A stretch of 64,000 bases of DNA, taken from Rhodoplanes sp. Z2-YC6860 (GTDB lineage Bacteria; Pseudomonadota; Alphaproteobacteria; Rhizobiales; Xanthobacteraceae). Shown here piece by piece: positions 28,792 to 37,648 of this stretch. Where the stretch lies: assembly GCF_001579845.1 (NCBI RefSeq), contig NZ_CP007440.1, positions 2,810,029 through 2,874,028 of the forward strand, given 5' to 3'. Every line of letters starts with the position of its first letter. The first letter of the stretch is position 1. The position numbers and the translations under genes were made by a program. The notes beneath the pieces were generated by a model. The model was not told the origin of the DNA. It saw only the letters and a program-made list of their open reading frames with translations, and did not search any database.

Positions 28792-28921
28792 TTCGTGCGG
28801 TAACCGCTCATTGCGCGGCTGCTGTCGATCAGCGTAATTAAAGGCATATTGCTATGTCAACGCTGGAAATGACTTGAGCATGAAAACCGAACGGATATAA
28901 TTCGTGCGGTAACCGCACGAA
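28792..28921. promoter_or_regulatory. IclR-type operator candidates: two copies of TTCGTGCGGTAACCGC
   Basis: Copy 1 at 28792-28807, 16 nt upstream of the hydratase-lyase start. Copy 2 at 28901-28921 is a perfect palindrome (ttcgtgcgg-taa-ccgcacgaa) 12 nt upstream of the iclR start. Confidence 0.5.
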
Positions 28922-28932
28922 CGGATCCGCCG

Positions 28933-29748
28933 ATGGCGCCCGCGAAATCGAAGGCTTCCGAACACTTCTCGAGCTCGCTGGCGCGCGGGCTTTCGGTCAT
29001 CAAGGCATTCGACCGGCAGGCGCCGATGCTGCGGATCGCCGACGTCGCCGAGCGCACCGGGCTCGACCGCGCCACCGCCCGCCGTTTCCTGCTGACCCTG
29101 CTCGATCTCGGCTATGTCGGGCGCAGCGACGATCTGTTCTATCTGCGGCCCAGCGCGCTCGACATCGGCTTCAGCTATCTCGCCTCGCTCGACGTCAATC
29201 GTGTCATCCAGCCATATTTGAACGAATTGACCGCGGTGACGCGCGAGACTTCGAGCTTCGGCATTCTGGACGGCCTCGACATCCGTCTGCTGGCGCGCTC
29301 CGCCAACAATCGCATGATGAACATGACCGTGCCGCTTGGCACGCGCGTGTCGGCGCACTCGGCTTCGATCGGCCGCGTGCTGCTCGCCGGGCTCTCGACC
29401 GAGCGTTTCGAAGCTTACCTCGGCGCCCTGTCGGAGCCCGAGGTCAATGCCGGGCAATTCAGAAGCCTGATCGACGAGGTGCGAAGCTCCGGCTGGGCGA
29501 CCATCGAGAAAAGCCCCGGCGTCGGCTTCTGTTCGATCGCCGTGCCGGTCCGCGATCGCGACGGCGGCACCATCGCGGGCATCAACGTGGTGGAATATCC
29601 GCCGCGCAACACGCCGCAAGCCATGGTGCGCAAATATCTGAAACTGTTGCGTAACGCCGCGGAGCAGATCGAGGCGGCGCTGCACGTTTCGCAGCACGCC
29701 GTGCTGGCGCTGTCCGACGATCCCGGCGGTCCGCTGCTGATTGGATAG
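28933..29748 (+). CDS. IclR family transcriptional regulator
   Basis: N-terminal wHTH (SLARGLSVIKAF), C-terminal IclR effector domain. 271 aa. Divergent from the catabolic operon. Confidence 0.85.
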   Translation: MAPAKSKASEHFSSSLARGLSVIKAFDRQAPMLRIADVAERTGLDRATARRFLLTLLDLGYVGRSDDLFYLRPSALDIGFSYLASLDVNRVIQPYLNELTAVTRETSSFGILDGLDIRLLARSANNRMMNMTVPLGTRVSAHSASIGRVLLAGLSTERFEAYLGALSEPEVNAGQFRSLIDEVRSSGWATIEKSPGVGFCSIAVPVRDRDGGTIAGINVVEYPPRNTPQAMVRKYLKLLRNAAEQIEAALHVSQHAVLALSDDPGGPLLIG

Positions 29749-29759
29749 GCGCGGTGCTA

Positions 29760-29790
29760 GGGTCTGATTCAACAAAGTTGAATCAGACCC
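29760..29790. terminator. 14-bp perfect stem-loop gggtctgattcaac-aaa-gttgaatcagaccc
   Basis: Downstream of iclR (followed by a T-rich ctctttctcttgttt) and downstream of the convergent Bug gene. Likely a bidirectional terminator. Confidence 0.6.
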
Positions 29791-29857
29791 GTCGCTCTTT
29801 CTCTTGTTTGAGCATGATCTTTTCCGAAAACCGTTTCACACTTTTCGGGATCATGCT

Positions 29858-30868
29858 CTATTTCGGCTCGGGCTTGATGCCCGCCGCGCGAAGCGTTTCA
29901 CCCCAATAGGTGTTCTGCGCCGTGACGAAACTGCCGAATTCCTCCGGCGTGCTGCTGCTGAGCTCAAGCCCGGACGCCATCAGTTTGTCGGCGACGGCCT
30001 TGTCCTGAACGGTCGCCACCAAGGCTGCATTGAGCTTGGCGATGATCGCGTCGGGCGTGCCGGCCGGCGCCATGAGGCCGTACCAGGAGCCGTTTTCGAA
30101 ACCGGTCATCTTGACCCCGGATTCCTCGAAGGTCGGAACGTCCGGCAATCCCGGCAGCCGCTTCGAGCCCGTGACGCCGAGCACGTTGGCCTTGCCGCTG
30201 CCCAGTCCGATTGCGGTGCTGGCGGCCGAGAACGTCGCCGAGATGTGACCCGCCACGACGTTGTTGGTGGCTTCGGCGATGGCCTTGTAGGGCACCAGCA
30301 GCGGGTCGATGCCGGTCGCTTTGATGAACGTCATGGCGGCGAGGTGGGGCGTCGTGCCGATGCCGGTGTGCCCGATCTGGATCTCCTGGCCTTTGGTTTT
30401 GGCGAGCTTCACGAAATCCGCAACGGTCGGCGTGCCGAGCGACGGCGAAGCCAGCAGCGTGAACACGGATTTGGCGGAAAGGCCGATCGGCCGGAAGTCC
30501 TTCGCCGTGTCGACGCCGAGGTTTGACGCGATATGCGGCGCGACCGCAAAGGAGATGTCGACCGCGAGCAGCGTGTAGCCGTTGGGCTCAGCCCGCGCGA
30601 CGGCCTTGGAGGCAAGCCCGGAGCTTGCGCCCGGCCGGTTCTCGACGATCACCGGCCTGCCAAGGTTCTTGCTCAGGCCCGCCGCGATCACGCGGGCGAC
30701 GCTGTCGGGTGGCCCGCCGGCGCCGAAGGGCACGATGATGGTGATGTCGCGGCTGGGGAATTGCGCGGCCGTCTCCTCTGCCTGAGCAACGGACGCGGTC
30801 ATGCACGCGAGTGCAGCAACGGCGGACACGCAGAACTTCAAGCCGAAGCGGCTCGCACCCGAGATCAT
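29858..30868 (-). CDS. Bug/TctC family substrate-binding protein (second copy)
   Basis: 336 aa from MISGASRF. Signal peptide and the IVPFGAGGPPD motif. Confidence 0.85.
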   Translation of the reverse strand: MISGASRFGLKFCVSAVAALACMTASVAQAEETAAQFPSRDITIIVPFGAGGPPDSVARVIAAGLSKNLGRPVIVENRPGASSGLASKAVARAEPNGYTLLAVDISFAVAPHIASNLGVDTAKDFRPIGLSAKSVFTLLASPSLGTPTVADFVKLAKTKGQEIQIGHTGIGTTPHLAAMTFIKATGIDPLLVPYKAIAEATNNVVAGHISATFSAASTAIGLGSGKANVLGVTGSKRLPGLPDVPTFEESGVKMTGFENGSWYGLMAPAGTPDAIIAKLNAALVATVQDKAVADKLMASGLELSSSTPEEFGSFVTAQNTYWGETLRAAGIKPEPK

Positions 30869-31003
30869 GTTTCTTATCCCTTCTTGATGTCGACGACGTG
30901 GCGCATTCCTGCAAAACGCGCGCCACGCTTTCAAGGGATAAGAATCGCGCAGCAGATGCGCAAAACGGCGCACCTGCTGCTCACTCGTGACAATCGGTCG
31001 CGG

Positions 31004-32998
31004 TTACGCCCCGTTGGTCCGGCGCGAGGCCTTCGGCGCTTCGCTCTTCAGCTTCTCCAGCGCCTCCGGCATCATCTGTCCGAACATCGAGCTCAGCATC
31101 GCGGTGGGGATGAGCCCCGCGTTGCCGCTCTCGGCGCCTTGCGTGCCGGACATCAGGAATTGCGGCACCAGCGGCTGGTTGATCTTGGTCAGCGCATCGG
31201 CAAAGCGCGAGAAGTTCTGCTCGGCGAGGCGGAATTCCGGGCCGCCATAGGCGTCGACCGAGAGCTTGGTGGACTGGGCGTTGGCAGTACCGATCGCCAG
31301 CACGCGGTCGGCCTCGCCCTGGCCCTCGAGCCGCGACTGTTCGCCCATCGCAGCCGCCGTGACCTTGATGGTCTCGGCGTCCTTCTGTGCGCGAGCGAAG
31401 GCCGCGGCGCCTTCGTTCTCCTGCACCTTGATCTGAATGAGCGACTGGGTCAGCGCCGTCTGCGCCGCGGCCGTGGCCTTGGCCTCGTTCAGCGTGCGCT
31501 CTTGCGTGGCGGCCTTCTCCTGCTCACGATAAGTCTCGATCTGCTCGCGTGCGATCTGCCGCGAGCGGAGCTGGATGAGGATGTTCTCGATGGTCTGGTC
31601 GCCCGCAGCCGCCGCGCGCGGCGTGCCGATCAGAACCTCCTGGAGCTCGAGCGAATAGCCGGTGAACTTTTCCTTCATCGCCTGCGCAGATTCCTCCTGG
31701 ATCGCGGCGCGGTTCTGCAGGAGCTCGATGAGCGTCATCTTCTGCGCGATGTTCTTGAAGAAGGCGCTGACCATCGGATCGAGCGTCTGCTCGACGAGCT
31801 TCTTCACGTCGCCGAAGCGCTGGATGATCATCGGCGCCTTCTTGTAGTCGATGTGCATCACCACCGAGAGCGGCAGCGTCGGCTCGAACGCGTCCTTGGT
31901 GATCAGCGAGATCTCCGAGAGGTTCTCGTCGAGCTTCATCGCGCCGACCTCGCCACGCACCCATTTCAGGATGAAGTTGACGGTCGGGATGATCTCGATC
32001 TTGCCGGCGTAGGTGTTGAAGGCGTATTTGCCGGGCAGCAGCGGGTCCTTCCAGACGCCGCGGCTGCCGTTCGTGACGAGCTCGCCATGGCGGTACTGAT
32101 CGCCGGACACGTCGCCGGTCGAAGGACCGGTGTAGAAGATCACGACGCCGACATTACCGACCGGAATGACGGTCTTCGGCACGGACTCTACGGTCGCGAA
32201 CAGGCGGTTGAGATACCAGGTGCCTTCGACGATGACCTGGAGCTGACGGCCGCGATAGCCGCCGGCCTTGAGGAATTTCTCAGGCTCCTGGAAGTTGTTG
32301 TGGAACGTCTCCGGAGTTCGCAGATCGATGCCGACCTCCGGTGCAATGATTTCGCCAGGCGACAGCGACGGGCCGTCATGCACGGTGACGATGCCGACCA
32401 GATCGTGTCCGGCGGCCAGCACCACCGGCGCAAAGCCGCCGCGCTCGGTGATGGTCTGCTTCATGCCATCGAGCACGATCTGCTCCTGATCGCTCAGGGC
32501 GTGACCATAGACACGTTCGTCGGTGATGATGGCGAATTGCGTGGTGTTGATGGCGTAGGTGCCTTCACGCAGGATCTTGCGCTGCGGACCCTTCTGGCCG
32601 CCGCCCGTCAGAAACTTGCGCGCATCCTGGAAGTCGGACTTCTCAGGCGTGTCGTTGGCGCCCAGCACCTGCGAGGCGCCGAGAGCCGCGCCGTCGCGCG
32701 CGAACACATAGGCGATCTTGCCCTGGCCGACGGTCACGAGATCGGATTTGTGAATCCGATACATGAAAGGGAAGAACACGTGCAGGCCGCCGCGCAGCAC
32801 CTCAGGCTCGAAGCCCGCTTCGCCGTTCAGCGCGATGAAGCCGGATTCGATCGAGCCTTTGGTGGTCCAGAGCTTCTCGACGATGCCGACCTGATTGTTC
32901 GGGATATAGCGGAAGACGTTGGACATCCGCAGCACGACCAGGAATACGATGATGCCCGCAGCCCAAAGGGCGATCGGCAGGGCGGTGTCGAAATCCAT
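31004..32998 (-). CDS. Flotillin-family SPFH/band-7 membrane protein (YqiK-like)
   Basis: 664 aa. N-terminal TM helix, SPFH domain, long coiled-coil with Ala/Gln/Glu-rich repeats. Confidence 0.8.
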   Translation of the reverse strand: MDFDTALPIALWAAGIIVFLVVLRMSNVFRYIPNNQVGIVEKLWTTKGSIESGFIALNGEAGFEPEVLRGGLHVFFPFMYRIHKSDLVTVGQGKIAYVFARDGAALGASQVLGANDTPEKSDFQDARKFLTGGGQKGPQRKILREGTYAINTTQFAIITDERVYGHALSDQEQIVLDGMKQTITERGGFAPVVLAAGHDLVGIVTVHDGPSLSPGEIIAPEVGIDLRTPETFHNNFQEPEKFLKAGGYRGRQLQVIVEGTWYLNRLFATVESVPKTVIPVGNVGVVIFYTGPSTGDVSGDQYRHGELVTNGSRGVWKDPLLPGKYAFNTYAGKIEIIPTVNFILKWVRGEVGAMKLDENLSEISLITKDAFEPTLPLSVVMHIDYKKAPMIIQRFGDVKKLVEQTLDPMVSAFFKNIAQKMTLIELLQNRAAIQEESAQAMKEKFTGYSLELQEVLIGTPRAAAAGDQTIENILIQLRSRQIAREQIETYREQEKAATQERTLNEAKATAAAQTALTQSLIQIKVQENEGAAAFARAQKDAETIKVTAAAMGEQSRLEGQGEADRVLAIGTANAQSTKLSVDAYGGPEFRLAEQNFSRFADALTKINQPLVPQFLMSGTQGAESGNAGLIPTAMLSSMFGQMMPEALEKLKSEAPKASRRTNGA

Positions 32999-33336
32999 GG
33001 GATTTCTCCATTCAATGGTGTGAGGTTCGTGTGCTCATGAACGAGCCAACGGACGATGCGGCGTGCACCGTCATTCGGTTTCAGTCCGAATCGGTTGGAA
33101 AGCGCGACCGGCGCAGTTGCTAATTCAACTGATGTGTTAGTCGCATGAATGCTGCTCCGGGTTCAGGCAGCTGAATTCTCGCGCATCGATATAGGTAGGC
33201 GTTTCCGGCGTTGCAGCCGATGTTAGGTCCTGAAAATATTTAATTCCGTTCTCTTGCGTGTGACAGGCGAATATGTCTTCGCGCGCACCACGCACGGTTA
33301 ATGGATTATCGCATGCGCCATTGAGAAAAATGCCGC

Positions 33337-34218
33337 TCAGCCCATCAAAGGCTGACGCCGCAATTCGGTGATGCGGCGATCGTCTCTGTGCCAGCCGCGC
33401 GACACCAGCGTGCAGCGCCACGCGCCCGGCTCGCCGTCGATTTCGTAAAGGTTATAGCCGCCCGGATCGTCGTGATAATCGGGCGAGCCTGAAGCGGACG
33501 GCACGCCGATCACCGGGATGCGGTGCTCCGGGCCCGGCAGCCACACCAGCGACGACTCGTGATGATGGCCGTGCAGCACCAGCTCGGCGCCGCATGCTTT
33601 GAGCGCGTCGCGCATTTTGTCGGCGTCGCGCAGCCGGCGGAAATGATGCGCGCCTTCGGTCGGCGGGTGGTGGATCAGCACCACGCGGAACGCCTTCTCG
33701 CGCCCGAGCGCCGCAAGGATATCTGCCACACGCGCGAGCTGATCGCCGTGCAGCTTGCCGGTGGCGGAGAGCGGCGCGGTCGGCAGCGAGGTCGAGAGCC
33801 CGACGATGGCGGCGGGTCCGCGGCGGCGCACGAACGGAAAATTCTCGTTGTTGTCGCCGCGCATGTAGTCGGCCCAGTGCTGCAGGGCGAGCGTTTCGGC
33901 CGAGCGCACATAGGAATCGTGATTGCCAGGAACGACAGTGACGGCATTGGCATCGCCAAGCCCGGCGAGAAAAGCGCAGGCTGGCGCGAATTCGCTGGTC
34001 AGAGACAGATTGACCAGATCGCCGGTGACCGCGATGTGGTCGGGTTTCCTGGCTTTGAGGTCGGCGACGACCCTGGCCAGCATATCGGCACGGTGGACAC
34101 GCCGCCGTTTGCGCAGCCAGTTGATGTAGCCGAGCCCGCGCTTGGACAGGAGCTCGGAAGGATTGGGTCTCGGCAGTGGCGCAAGGTGGATGTCGGAGAG
34201 GTGCGCCAGAATGAACAT
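33337..34218 (-). CDS. Calcineurin-like metallophosphoesterase
   Basis: HLSDIHL...GDLVN...GNHD...HHP motifs. 293 aa from MFILAHLSD. Start overlaps the mbfA stop by 1 nt (TGATG). Confidence 0.75.
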   Translation of the reverse strand: MFILAHLSDIHLAPLPRPNPSELLSKRGLGYINWLRKRRRVHRADMLARVVADLKARKPDHIAVTGDLVNLSLTSEFAPACAFLAGLGDANAVTVVPGNHDSYVRSAETLALQHWADYMRGDNNENFPFVRRRGPAAIVGLSTSLPTAPLSATGKLHGDQLARVADILAALGREKAFRVVLIHHPPTEGAHHFRRLRDADKMRDALKACGAELVLHGHHHESSLVWLPGPEHRIPVIGVPSASGSPDYHDDPGGYNLYEIDGEPGAWRCTLVSRGWHRDDRRITELRRQPLMG

Positions 34219-35177
34219 CAAGAACTGCCGATCAGAATTCCAGCGAGAAACACGAGAGCGCCGCCGAACGCGACCTGGAACGTGGCGGAGAGGATGGGTG
34301 TATCCATGTAACGATGGCGTATCCAGGAGATTGCGGCAAGCTCGAGCACCACGACGATGATGGACACGACGGTCGCAGTCCAGAAATTCGGAATGAGATA
34401 GGGCAGGGTGTGGCCGAGACCGCCGACAGCGGTCATCAGGCCGCAGACCGAGCCGCGCAGCCACGGCGTGCCGCGGCCGGTCAGCGAGCCATCGTCGGAC
34501 AGCGCCTCGGCAAAGCCCATGGAGATACCGGCGCCGACCGAAGCCGCGAGGCCCACCAGAAACGTCTCCCAGGTCTGATGGGTGGCGAAGGCCGCCGCGA
34601 ACAGCGGCGCGAGCGTCGACACCGATCCGTCCATCAGGCCGGCGAGGCCGGGCTGGACGTATTGCAGGACGAACATCCGGCGCTGGGTCTCGTCCTCCTT
34701 GGCGCGGACGTCCTTGGTTAGGATGGTCTCGCCGAGCTTATGGGCCAGCGTCTCGTGTTCGGCTTCGATCTCGGCCAGCTCCGTGAGGAGTTGGCGGATC
34801 GAGGCGTCGCGCGCGTTTTCGGTGGCCCGGCGGTAGAAACGCTCCGCCTCGTATTCCATGCTCTCGGCGAACTTCCGCACCTCTTCGAGGCCGAGCGGCC
34901 GCATCAGCCAGAGCGGCTTGGAGTGCTTGATGAAGCCTTTGACGTCCTGGCGGCGGATCAGCGGCAGATAGTCGCCGAATTTCGAGCGGTACATGTCGAA
35001 CAGCATGGTCCGGTGCCGGACCTCCTCGTCGGCCATCTCGTCGAACACCTTGGCGGAGGCCGGAAACGCCTCGCGCAGGCCTTCGGCGAAGCCCCGATAG
35101 ATGCGGCTGTCCTCGTCCTCGCTGGAGATCGCGAGCGCAAGAATTTCCTGTTCGGAAAGGTCGGCAAAGCGTTTCAC
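34218..35177 (-). CDS. mbfA: Membrane-bound ferritin-like iron exporter (erythrin-VIT1/CCC1 fusion)
   Basis: N-terminal rubrerythrin/ferritin-like four-helix motifs (E...EExxH twice) fused to a C-terminal VIT1/CCC1 five-TM domain. 319 aa, GTG start. Confidence 0.7.
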   Translation of the reverse strand: MKRFADLSEQEILALAISSEDEDSRIYRGFAEGLREAFPASAKVFDEMADEEVRHRTMLFDMYRSKFGDYLPLIRRQDVKGFIKHSKPLWLMRPLGLEEVRKFAESMEYEAERFYRRATENARDASIRQLLTELAEIEAEHETLAHKLGETILTKDVRAKEDETQRRMFVLQYVQPGLAGLMDGSVSTLAPLFAAAFATHQTWETFLVGLAASVGAGISMGFAEALSDDGSLTGRGTPWLRGSVCGLMTAVGGLGHTLPYLIPNFWTATVVSIIVVVLELAAISWIRHRYMDTPILSATFQVAFGGALVFLAGILIGSS

Positions 35178-35217
35178 AATGTCCTCATGTCACAGCACTA
35201 TTGAGCTTCTGAGCTAT

Positions 35218-35234
35218 ATTGGAATAATTCTAAA
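35218..35234. promoter_or_regulatory. Iron-control-element (Irr box)-like motif ATTGGAA-TAA-TTCTAAA
   Basis: 12/14 match to the ICE consensus TTTAGAA-N3-TTCTAAA, about 40 bp upstream of mbfA in an AT-rich promoter region. Confidence 0.4.
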
Positions 35235-35295
35235 GAGAAAAGAGGCTAAGTTCCGAAGGCGCCGGGCGAGCGCTTCGTGGGCTGGGAATGTGACG

Positions 35296-35769
35296 ATGAG
35301 TGACGGGCGGCGCTGGCGGTTCACGTTCCACCGGCTGATGCATTTCTACTGGCGCTTCTCGCGCGGGCTGACGCTCGGCGTGCGCGCGCTCGTGCTCGAC
35401 GGCGACAATCGTGTGTTCCTGATCCGGCACACCTATGCGGCGGGCTGGCAGCTCCCCGGCGGCGGCGTCGAAGCCGGCGAGACGCTGCTGCAGGCTTTGG
35501 CGCGCGAACTGCACGAGGAAGGCAATATCGAGCTCACCGGACCGCCGAAGCTCCACGGCGTGTTCTTTCATCCGATCTACTCGACGCGCGACCATGTGAC
35601 GATCTACGTGGTGCGCGAGTTTTGCCAGCCGTCGCCGCCGGTGCCGAACAGGGAGATCGCCGAGCATGGATTTTTTCCGATCCATGCGCTGCCGGAGAAC
35701 ACCACGAAGGGCACGCGGGCGCGAATCGCGGAGGTGGTGCACGGTCGGCCGATGACGGAGCGGTGGTGA
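35296..35769 (+). CDS. NUDIX hydrolase
   Basis: NUDIX box GGGVEAGETLLQALARELHEEGNI. 157 aa from MSDGRRW. Confidence 0.8.
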   Translation: MSDGRRWRFTFHRLMHFYWRFSRGLTLGVRALVLDGDNRVFLIRHTYAAGWQLPGGGVEAGETLLQALARELHEEGNIELTGPPKLHGVFFHPIYSTRDHVTIYVVREFCQPSPPVPNREIAEHGFFPIHALPENTTKGTRARIAEVVHGRPMTERW

Positions 35770-35990
35770 GCGGCTTGGCTCAGGCTGCAGTTTCCAGCAG
35801 GCTTGAATCGCGAGCTACAACGGCGGTGTCATCGCCGGGCTTGACCCGGCGATCCATGAGCGCGTGCAGCTCAAGGCAGTCATGCCTAAGACTTCCACGA
35901 TTGAACCTGGGTCATGGACCCGCGGGTCAAGCCCGCGGGTGACAGGGTGCCTGTTGCGCAGGCGTGCTTCAATTCAGGGTCAGAAGCGGC

Positions 35991-36977
35991 TTAACTTACA
36001 AACCTGTCGCGGTCGTGCGGCTTGCTGAAATCCAGTTCGGGGCCGAGCGGCACGATGCCGGTGGGATTCACCTTGCGCTGGCTGCCGTAGTAGTGCCGCT
36101 TGATGTGGTCGATGCTCACCGTCTCGGCCACACCCGGCGTCTGATAAAGGTCGCGCACGTAGTTCGAGAGATTCGGGTAGTCGCCGATCCGCCGCAGATT
36201 GCATTTGAAGTGGCTGTAATAGACGGCGTCGAAGCGGATCAGCGTCGGGAAAAACCGCCAATCCGCTTCGGTCAGGCGCGGACCCGCCACGTAACGCTGC
36301 CGCGACAGCCGCCGCTCCATGTCGTCGAGCGTGCCGAACACATTGCGGAACGCTTCTTCGTAGGCCGCTTGCGTGGTGGCGAAGCCCGCGCGATAGACGC
36401 CGTTGTTGACGTTCGGATAGACCGCGTCGTTCACGGCGTCGATCTCTGCGCGCCGCATCGCCGGATAATAGTCGGTGCCGTCGTTGGTGAACGCATCGAA
36501 GGCAGAGTTCAGCATCCGGATGATCTCGGACGATTCGTTGTTCACGATCGTCTTTTGCTGCTTGTCCCACAGCACCGGCACGGTGACGCGGCCGGTGAAT
36601 TTCGGATCGGTCAGAAGATAGATCTCCGACAGCTTCTGCTTGCCGTTGACGGCGTCGCCGCTCGATCCCTCTGCGGTGTCGAAGGTCCAGCCGTTCTCGC
36701 CCATGTGCCAGGAGGTCACCGACATGGAAATGACGCTCTCCAGCCGCTTGATCTGGCGGAAGATGATGGTGCGATGGGCCCAGGGGCAGGCCAGCGAGAC
36801 GTACAGGTGGTAGCGGCCGGCTTCGGCCGGAAAGCCGCCATTGCCCGAGGGGCCGGGGGTGCCATCGGGCGTGATCCAGTTGCGGAATTTCGTGGTCGGC
36901 CGGTTGAAGCGGCCGTCCTTGATCCGGCTGGTGTCGTAGCTGTCGTCGCGCCACACGCCCTCGACCAGAAGTCCCAT
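35991..36977 (-). CDS. Glutathionyl-hydroquinone reductase (Xi-class GST, YqjG/ECM4-like)
   Basis: CPWAHR active-site motif diagnostic for Xi-class GSTs. 328 aa. Confidence 0.8.
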   Translation of the reverse strand: MGLLVEGVWRDDSYDTSRIKDGRFNRPTTKFRNWITPDGTPGPSGNGGFPAEAGRYHLYVSLACPWAHRTIIFRQIKRLESVISMSVTSWHMGENGWTFDTAEGSSGDAVNGKQKLSEIYLLTDPKFTGRVTVPVLWDKQQKTIVNNESSEIIRMLNSAFDAFTNDGTDYYPAMRRAEIDAVNDAVYPNVNNGVYRAGFATTQAAYEEAFRNVFGTLDDMERRLSRQRYVAGPRLTEADWRFFPTLIRFDAVYYSHFKCNLRRIGDYPNLSNYVRDLYQTPGVAETVSIDHIKRHYYGSQRKVNPTGIVPLGPELDFSKPHDRDRFVS

Positions 36978-37119
36978 CGTGCTCTCCGTCCCGTTTGCGC
37001 CAATGTAGAGACTGGCCGGGCTTTGTGACAGGCGTGGACCAACCGCCGCCCAGATGCTAAGCGCCAGGATACCAAGTGCCCCGTGTGCCGTGCCTGGGCG
37101 GCGATCCAGACGAAGACCG

Positions 37120-37632
37120 ATGAACGATCTGTCCTACGCCATCCTGCAGGAAACGCCCGACGATGCCGAGGCGATCGAGCGCCTGAATGCGCGCACCTTC
37201 GGGCCGGGGCGGTTCGCCAAATCGGCCTATCGGCTGCGCGAGGAGGTCGCCCATATCCCCGAACTGTCATTCACGGCGCGAGTCGGCACGCTGATGGTCG
37301 GTTCGGTGAGGCTGTCGCCGATCATCGTCGGCGCCGCCACCAAGGCGCTGCTGCTCGGACCGCTCACCATCGAACCACCGTTCCGCAACCACGGCATCGG
37401 CCGCAAGCTGATCGCTCGCGCGCTGGACGAGGCCAAGCGCAAGGGCCACCGGCTTGTGGTGCTGGTCGGCGACGAGCCCTATTACAGCCGTTCCGGTTTC
37501 AAGCCCGCCGGCAAGGGCCGGATCACCATGCCGGGCCCTGCCGATCCGGCACGACTGCTCGTTGCAGAGCTCGAGCCTGGCGCTTTTGACGGCGTCTCCG
37601 GCGCGGTGCGCCCCGACTGGCCTGCGGCGTAG
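37120..37632 (+). CDS. GNAT family N-acetyltransferase
   Basis: RNHGIGRKLI acetyl-CoA binding motif (Q/RxxGxG/A). 170 aa from MNDLSY. Confidence 0.75.
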   Translation: MNDLSYAILQETPDDAEAIERLNARTFGPGRFAKSAYRLREEVAHIPELSFTARVGTLMVGSVRLSPIIVGAATKALLLGPLTIEPPFRNHGIGRKLIARALDEAKRKGHRLVVLVGDEPYYSRSGFKPAGKGRITMPGPADPARLLVAELEPGAFDGVSGAVRPDWPAA

Positions 37633-37648
37633 ACCAGCCCGCGACTTG

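Noticed and set aside
33137-33421. 94-aa ORF in the AT-rich region upstream of the flotillin gene
   Set aside because: It overlaps the 3' end of the metallophosphoesterase gene and has no RBS. Likely non-coding.
35218-35234. Alternative reading of the ICE-like motif as chance AT-rich sequence
   Set aside because: Not rejected outright but flagged. The match is 12/14 and unsupported by a second site, so it is reported with low confidence rather than as established.
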